Positions 60,226 to 64,000 of a stretch of DNA of 64,000 nt are shown here, piece by piece. Location of the stretch: positions 645,283 through 709,282 of the forward strand of contig NZ_CP072800.1 in the NCBI RefSeq assembly GCF_017901155.1, read 5' to 3'. Positions within the stretch are counted from its first letter, which is position 1, and every line of letters starts with the position of its first letter. This stretch comes from Candidatus Thiothrix anitrata (GTDB taxonomy: Bacteria > Pseudomonadota > Gammaproteobacteria > Thiotrichales > Thiotrichaceae). The notes beneath the pieces were generated by a model, which was not told where the DNA came from, searched no databases, and saw nothing but the letters and a program-made list of their open reading frames with translations. Position numbers and translations under genes: made by a program.

Positions 60226-61182
60226 GTGCTGCCACTTTATCCCCCCATCCACGAAAACCGGCATTTTTTCCTCGCCGTGGACGAGATACACACCCTTTAC
60301 GTTGAAGAATGCGGCAATCCAAACGGAGTTCCGATTGTGTTTTTGCACGGCGGCCCCGGCTCTGGCTGTGAAACCTGGCATCGGCAGTTTTTTGACCCCA
60401 CCCGTTACCGCATTATTTTATTCGATCAGCGCGGTTGCGGACGTTCCACGCCTCATGCTTCGTTGGAAAATAACACCACATGGGATTTGGTCAGCGACAT
60501 GGAATTGATTCGTGAAAGCCTAGGTCTCGACGAATGGGCGATTTTTGGCGGGTCATGGGGTTCCACGCTGGCACTGGCGTATGCGCAACAATACCCTGCG
60601 CGGGTAAGCGGCATGGTGTTGCGCGGTATTTTCTTATGTCGGCAGCGCGATATTGCGTGGTTTTACGAACAAGGTCAGGGAATTGAACGGATTTACCCGG
60701 ATTACTGGCAAGATTATCTCGCACCGATTCCGCTGAATGAGCGCGATAATATGCTGGCGGCGTATTACCGGCGATTGACCGGGGAAAACGAAATTGCGCG
60801 GATGCAAGCCGCCAAAGCATGGTCGGTGTGGGAGGGGCGCACTGCGAATTTGCAACCTAAAGAGAGTGTCGTTGCACATTTTTCCGACCCTTACACCGCG
60901 ATGAGCGTGGCGCGGATTGAAGCGCACTATTTTATCAATGACGGTTTTTTCGAGCCGGATCAATTGCTGCGCGATGCGCACCGGATAGCGCATTTACCGG
61001 GCAGCATTATTCACGGGCGTTATGACATGATTTGCCCACTGGAACAGGCCACTGCATTGCATAAGGTGTGGCAAAACGCGGATTTCCACATTATTCCTAA
61101 CTGCGGGCACGCCGCGAGTGAAACCCCGATTCAACAAGCGTTAGTAGATGCCACCGATGCTTTGCTGGATAAACTTGCATGA
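60226..61182 (+). CDS. pip: Prolyl aminopeptidase (proline iminopeptidase)
   Basis: The alpha/beta hydrolase has GGSWGSTLALAYAQ as its nucleophile elbow and VFLHGGPGSG near the N-terminus. The start was moved to GTG 60226, after the RBS CAGGAGA. Confidence 0.85.
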   Translation: MLPLYPPIHENRHFFLAVDEIHTLYVEECGNPNGVPIVFLHGGPGSGCETWHRQFFDPTRYRIILFDQRGCGRSTPHASLENNTTWDLVSDMELIRESLGLDEWAIFGGSWGSTLALAYAQQYPARVSGMVLRGIFLCRQRDIAWFYEQGQGIERIYPDYWQDYLAPIPLNERDNMLAAYYRRLTGENEIARMQAAKAWSVWEGRTANLQPKESVVAHFSDPYTAMSVARIEAHYFINDGFFEPDQLLRDAHRIAHLPGSIIHGRYDMICPLEQATALHKVWQNADFHIIPNCGHAASETPIQQALVDATDALLDKLA

Positions 61183-61616
61183 TCGCACTGCTTCAGCGGG
61201 TTACTCGCGCTCAGGTGGAGGTGGATGGGGTGAATGTCGGGCAAATCGGGCGCGGTATTTTGCTATTGCTGGGTGTGGAAAAAGCCGACACCGCCGCTGA
61301 TGCGCAACGTTTGTTAGAGCGCGTGCTGGGCTACCGGATTTTTGCCGATGATGCGGGCAAAATGAATTTGTCGTTGCGCGATATTGAGGGTGGGCTGCTG
61401 ATCGTACCGCAATTCACCTTGCCTGCGGATACCCGTAAAGGCACGCGCCCCAGCTTTACCCCAGCCGCTCCACCAGCACAGGGAAAATTGTTGTTTGAAA
61501 GCTTTTGCAGTTATGCCACCCAACAATATCCACAGGTTGCTACCGGAATATTTGCAGCAGATATGCAAGTCACGCTGACTAATGACGGGCCGGTCACGTT
61601 TTGGTTACAACAGTAA
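61179..61616 (+). CDS. dtd: D-aminoacyl-tRNA deacylase
   Basis: MIALLQRVTRAQVEVDG...SNDGPVT is canonical for Dtd. The gene is coupled to pip (ATGA). Confidence 0.9.
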   Translation: MIALLQRVTRAQVEVDGVNVGQIGRGILLLLGVEKADTAADAQRLLERVLGYRIFADDAGKMNLSLRDIEGGLLIVPQFTLPADTRKGTRPSFTPAAPPAQGKLLFESFCSYATQQYPQVATGIFAADMQVTLTNDGPVTFWLQQ

Positions 61617-61705
61617 TGTCATGCAAAACCCTGATTTTCTCTGTCTATTTGCAATACCCGCGAGGGCGCAGTAAATAGTTGAAAATACTCGTTACGGAAT
61701 CTGTT

Positions 61706-63475
61706 ATGCGCCTATTCGTGTCGTTAATGCTGTGTTTGTTTTGGTTGCCACTTAACGGTCATGCGGCACACAACACCGTATTACGCGACCACCCCTCCCC
61801 GTATTTCCGCTCCCACGCCGATGACAGCATTCATTGGAACACCTTCAGTGCCACCGCTTTTGAACAGGCAAAAACCAGTGGCAAACCCATCTTGATTTCC
61901 AGCGGTTATTCGAGTTGTTACTGGTGTCACAAAATGAAACAAGACACCTTCAGCGACAAAGCAGTGGGGGAAACCGTGAATGCCGGTTTCATCCCGATCA
62001 TTGTGGATCGCGAGTTAGAACCGGAGGTCGATGCCTATTTGCAAACCATTATGGAACAGCAACGTGGTTTCGGGGGCTGGCCGCTCACGGTGATGCTGAC
62101 ACCGGACGCGCTACCCATCGGTGGCTTTAACTACACCAAAGCGGATGAGTTTAACGCAACCCTGCAACGTTTCCTCAACGATTGGGCAACCGATAAAACC
62201 AGCATTCAAGAAAAAGCCCAAGCGAAAGCCAATACGCTGACACAACAACGCGATGCGGCGATAACGGTGGCTGACACCACCACGCCCGTCGATGTATTGC
62301 AAGCGTTTCTGCAACACGTCAGTGGCGCGGGCGATGAAGAATACGGTGGGTTTGGTGATCAGGAAAAATTCCCGAACTTGCCGCAGTTAAGTGCCCTGTT
62401 TACCCTGCATCAACTGAAGCCGGATAAAGACTTGTATGCTTTTTTGCAAACCAGTTTGGCAGCATTAATTGGCGGCGGTTTGCGCGATCATCTGGGCGGT
62501 GGATTTTTCCGTTATACCGATGACCGCCGCTGGATACACCCGCATTACGAGCAGATGCTATACACCCAGGTATTGGCAGCACCCTTGTTGATTCGGGCAG
62601 GCGTGGAATTCAAACAACCGGCATACTTGCAAGCCGGACGCGAGGCATTGTTACATACCCTCACGGCATTCCGGCGCGATGATGGCTTATTGCGTGCCGG
62701 ATTATCCGCCGTGGGTGGCGATGGCACAGCAGGCGGTTATTACCTGTGGAAACCGGAACAGCTCAGTGCCAGCGTCGGCAAGGATTGGCAAAACAGCGTG
62801 CATAACCTGTTGGGTGAGGAAGCCGATAAGGTATTGCCTTTCGTAAAAGTGCAAGGCGATGCGGGCAAAGCTTTGCGGGGAAAATTACTGAGCGAACGGC
62901 GTGTGCGTCCCCTAAGCAGCGATGATAAAGCCTTGCTGGGTTGGAACGGGTTAGCCTTGAATGCCTTTGCCGCTGCCAAGGGGCTTGATCCCGAACTGCA
63001 ACAAGCCGGTGAAAAGCTTGCTGCACAATTACTGGCTCTCACCAAACAAGACACGTTGCCGCGCCTGATCGGTGAACCGGCAGCGGGGGAAGCGCAATTC
63101 GCGGATCGGGTGTATCTGGCTTACGGTTTGGCAACGTGGGGCAAAGCCAACGAACAAAGCGCGTTTACCGACGCGGCACGTCAGTTATTGCACGACACCT
63201 ACCAGCGTTATTACCAAGGCAAGGGCTGGGTGCAAAGTGAAGCGAACCCGCTACTGGGGGAAATTGCCGTGCCGGTGATTGCGGATTCACAATTGCCGTC
63301 GCCTTCCGCGTTATGGTTGGTCACGGTTTGGCAAGTCGCCGATCAAGACCCGGTATTACGCAAAATTGCCGAAGAAATCAGCGCAATCTTGCCGAATGCC
63401 TTACGCGATAATGCTTTTTTCCATGCTACCCACATTGCTGCACTCGTCCAACACGCTACCCAGGAGAAACCATGA
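61706..63475 (+). CDS. Thioredoxin-domain (DUF255, YyaL-like) protein with C-terminal six-hairpin glycosidase-like domain
   Basis: YSSCYWCHKM is the thioredoxin-like CxxC. The C-terminal region is an N-acylglucosamine epimerase-like fold. The start was moved to ATG 61706, giving a signal peptide. Confidence 0.75.
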   Translation: MRLFVSLMLCLFWLPLNGHAAHNTVLRDHPSPYFRSHADDSIHWNTFSATAFEQAKTSGKPILISSGYSSCYWCHKMKQDTFSDKAVGETVNAGFIPIIVDRELEPEVDAYLQTIMEQQRGFGGWPLTVMLTPDALPIGGFNYTKADEFNATLQRFLNDWATDKTSIQEKAQAKANTLTQQRDAAITVADTTTPVDVLQAFLQHVSGAGDEEYGGFGDQEKFPNLPQLSALFTLHQLKPDKDLYAFLQTSLAALIGGGLRDHLGGGFFRYTDDRRWIHPHYEQMLYTQVLAAPLLIRAGVEFKQPAYLQAGREALLHTLTAFRRDDGLLRAGLSAVGGDGTAGGYYLWKPEQLSASVGKDWQNSVHNLLGEEADKVLPFVKVQGDAGKALRGKLLSERRVRPLSSDDKALLGWNGLALNAFAAAKGLDPELQQAGEKLAAQLLALTKQDTLPRLIGEPAAGEAQFADRVYLAYGLATWGKANEQSAFTDAARQLLHDTYQRYYQGKGWVQSEANPLLGEIAVPVIADSQLPSPSALWLVTVWQVADQDPVLRKIAEEISAILPNALRDNAFFHATHIAALVQHATQEKP

Positions 63476-64000
63476 GCCGTGATTCTTACATGCCATTTTA
63501 CGGCTGGTTGCTGTGGTTTGGGTTGATGCTGTTTGGTGGTTTTTTGCTGTGGCAATACGGCTTGTGGGCGGAGTTATGGGCGAAAGACCAGACGCATTTA
63601 TCCGCCATCATTGTATTGCTGCTGGTATTGGTGAGCTTGTATTTGGGGCGTTGCGCTTGGCAGTTGTCGCAGCAAGCTGCTGCTGCTGAAGCCTTGAGTG
63701 CTGGTTTACTGAAACTGACTCCGCAACAGTGGGAGGGGGCGCGTTGGCTGGAAACACATCCGGTCAGTTGGGCGCAGGAACACCTGACGCTGGTGTTGCG
63801 GCAGATGCAAATACAGGGACAAGGCGCACCCGCCGATAGCTTGCAGGCACGCTTGATTGAGCGGGTGCATAGCGGGCACAGTTCGGGTTGGTTTTTATCC
63901 GATTTAATGTTGCGCTTAGGCTTGGTGGGCACGGTGATCGGTTTTGTGCTGATGTTGGGTTCGGTGTATGAATTGCAGGCGGAAGGCATTAATGCACTCA
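63472..64000 (+). CDS. MotA/TolQ/ExbB-family proton-channel protein (3' end beyond window)
   Basis: The ATG at 63472 overlaps the previous stop (ATGA). TM helices are present, and the C-terminus LGLVGTVIGFVLMLGSVYEL matches the conserved ExbB/TolQ segment. The ORF runs off the window. Confidence 0.55.
   Translation, partial: MSRDSYMPFYGWLLWFGLMLFGGFLLWQYGLWAELWAKDQTHLSAIIVLLLVLVSLYLGRCAWQLSQQAAAAEALSAGLLKLTPQQWEGARWLETHPVSWAQEHLTLVLRQMQIQGQGAPADSLQARLIERVHSGHSSGWFLSDLMLRLGLVGTVIGFVLMLGSVYELQAEGINAL

Overview
This 64 kb window looks like chromosomal DNA from a gammaproteobacterial sulfur oxidiser. The Thiothrix-like assignment is inference from gene content and about 50-55% GC. About 55 genes can be supported.

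Most of the window is housekeeping. This includes: pyrB with an inactive dihydroorotase-like pyrC', trmL, ribF, fbp, gpmI, rlmI, an EF-G paralog, apaH, lrgAB, hemF, maeB, dsbB, rimO, yggS, bioD, dtd, pip and two SPFH/flotillin proteins.

The window also carries a clear accessory patch between about 32.8 and 43.3 kb. It contains two tandem tRNA-like genes with odd anticodon arms, an intact IS30-family IS with recognisable inverted repeats inserted into another ORF, and a 1616-aa secreted adhesin. The adhesin has seven near-identical 300-bp tandem repeats (cadherin-like), DUF11 and thrombospondin-type-3 calcium-binding repeats.

The most unusual observations are listed below.

- A full-length sulfur oxygenase reductase (SOR) homolog, with all catalytic Cys and Fe ligands, sits between apaH and an EF-G paralog.
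- A tiny, strongly expressed-looking gene encodes a secreted protein rich in Gly, Asn and Tyr. It is flanked by a near-consensus sigma70 promoter and a strong terminator, and is a candidate sulfur-globule or structural protein.
- An ECF sigma, anti-sigma and S8 lipoprotein subtilase module may be a dedicated protease-controlled switch.
- A peptidoglycan-remodelling cluster holds two MltA paralogs, a membrane-anchored coiled-coil protein and PBP4.
- Three tandem PilT-family ATPases (pilT, pilU and a third paralog) lie together.
- A HigBA toxin-antitoxin pair has two operator palindromes.
- Identical 29-bp REP-like hairpins follow two genes.
- Two orphan minus-strand terminators in long intergenic regions point to sRNAs.
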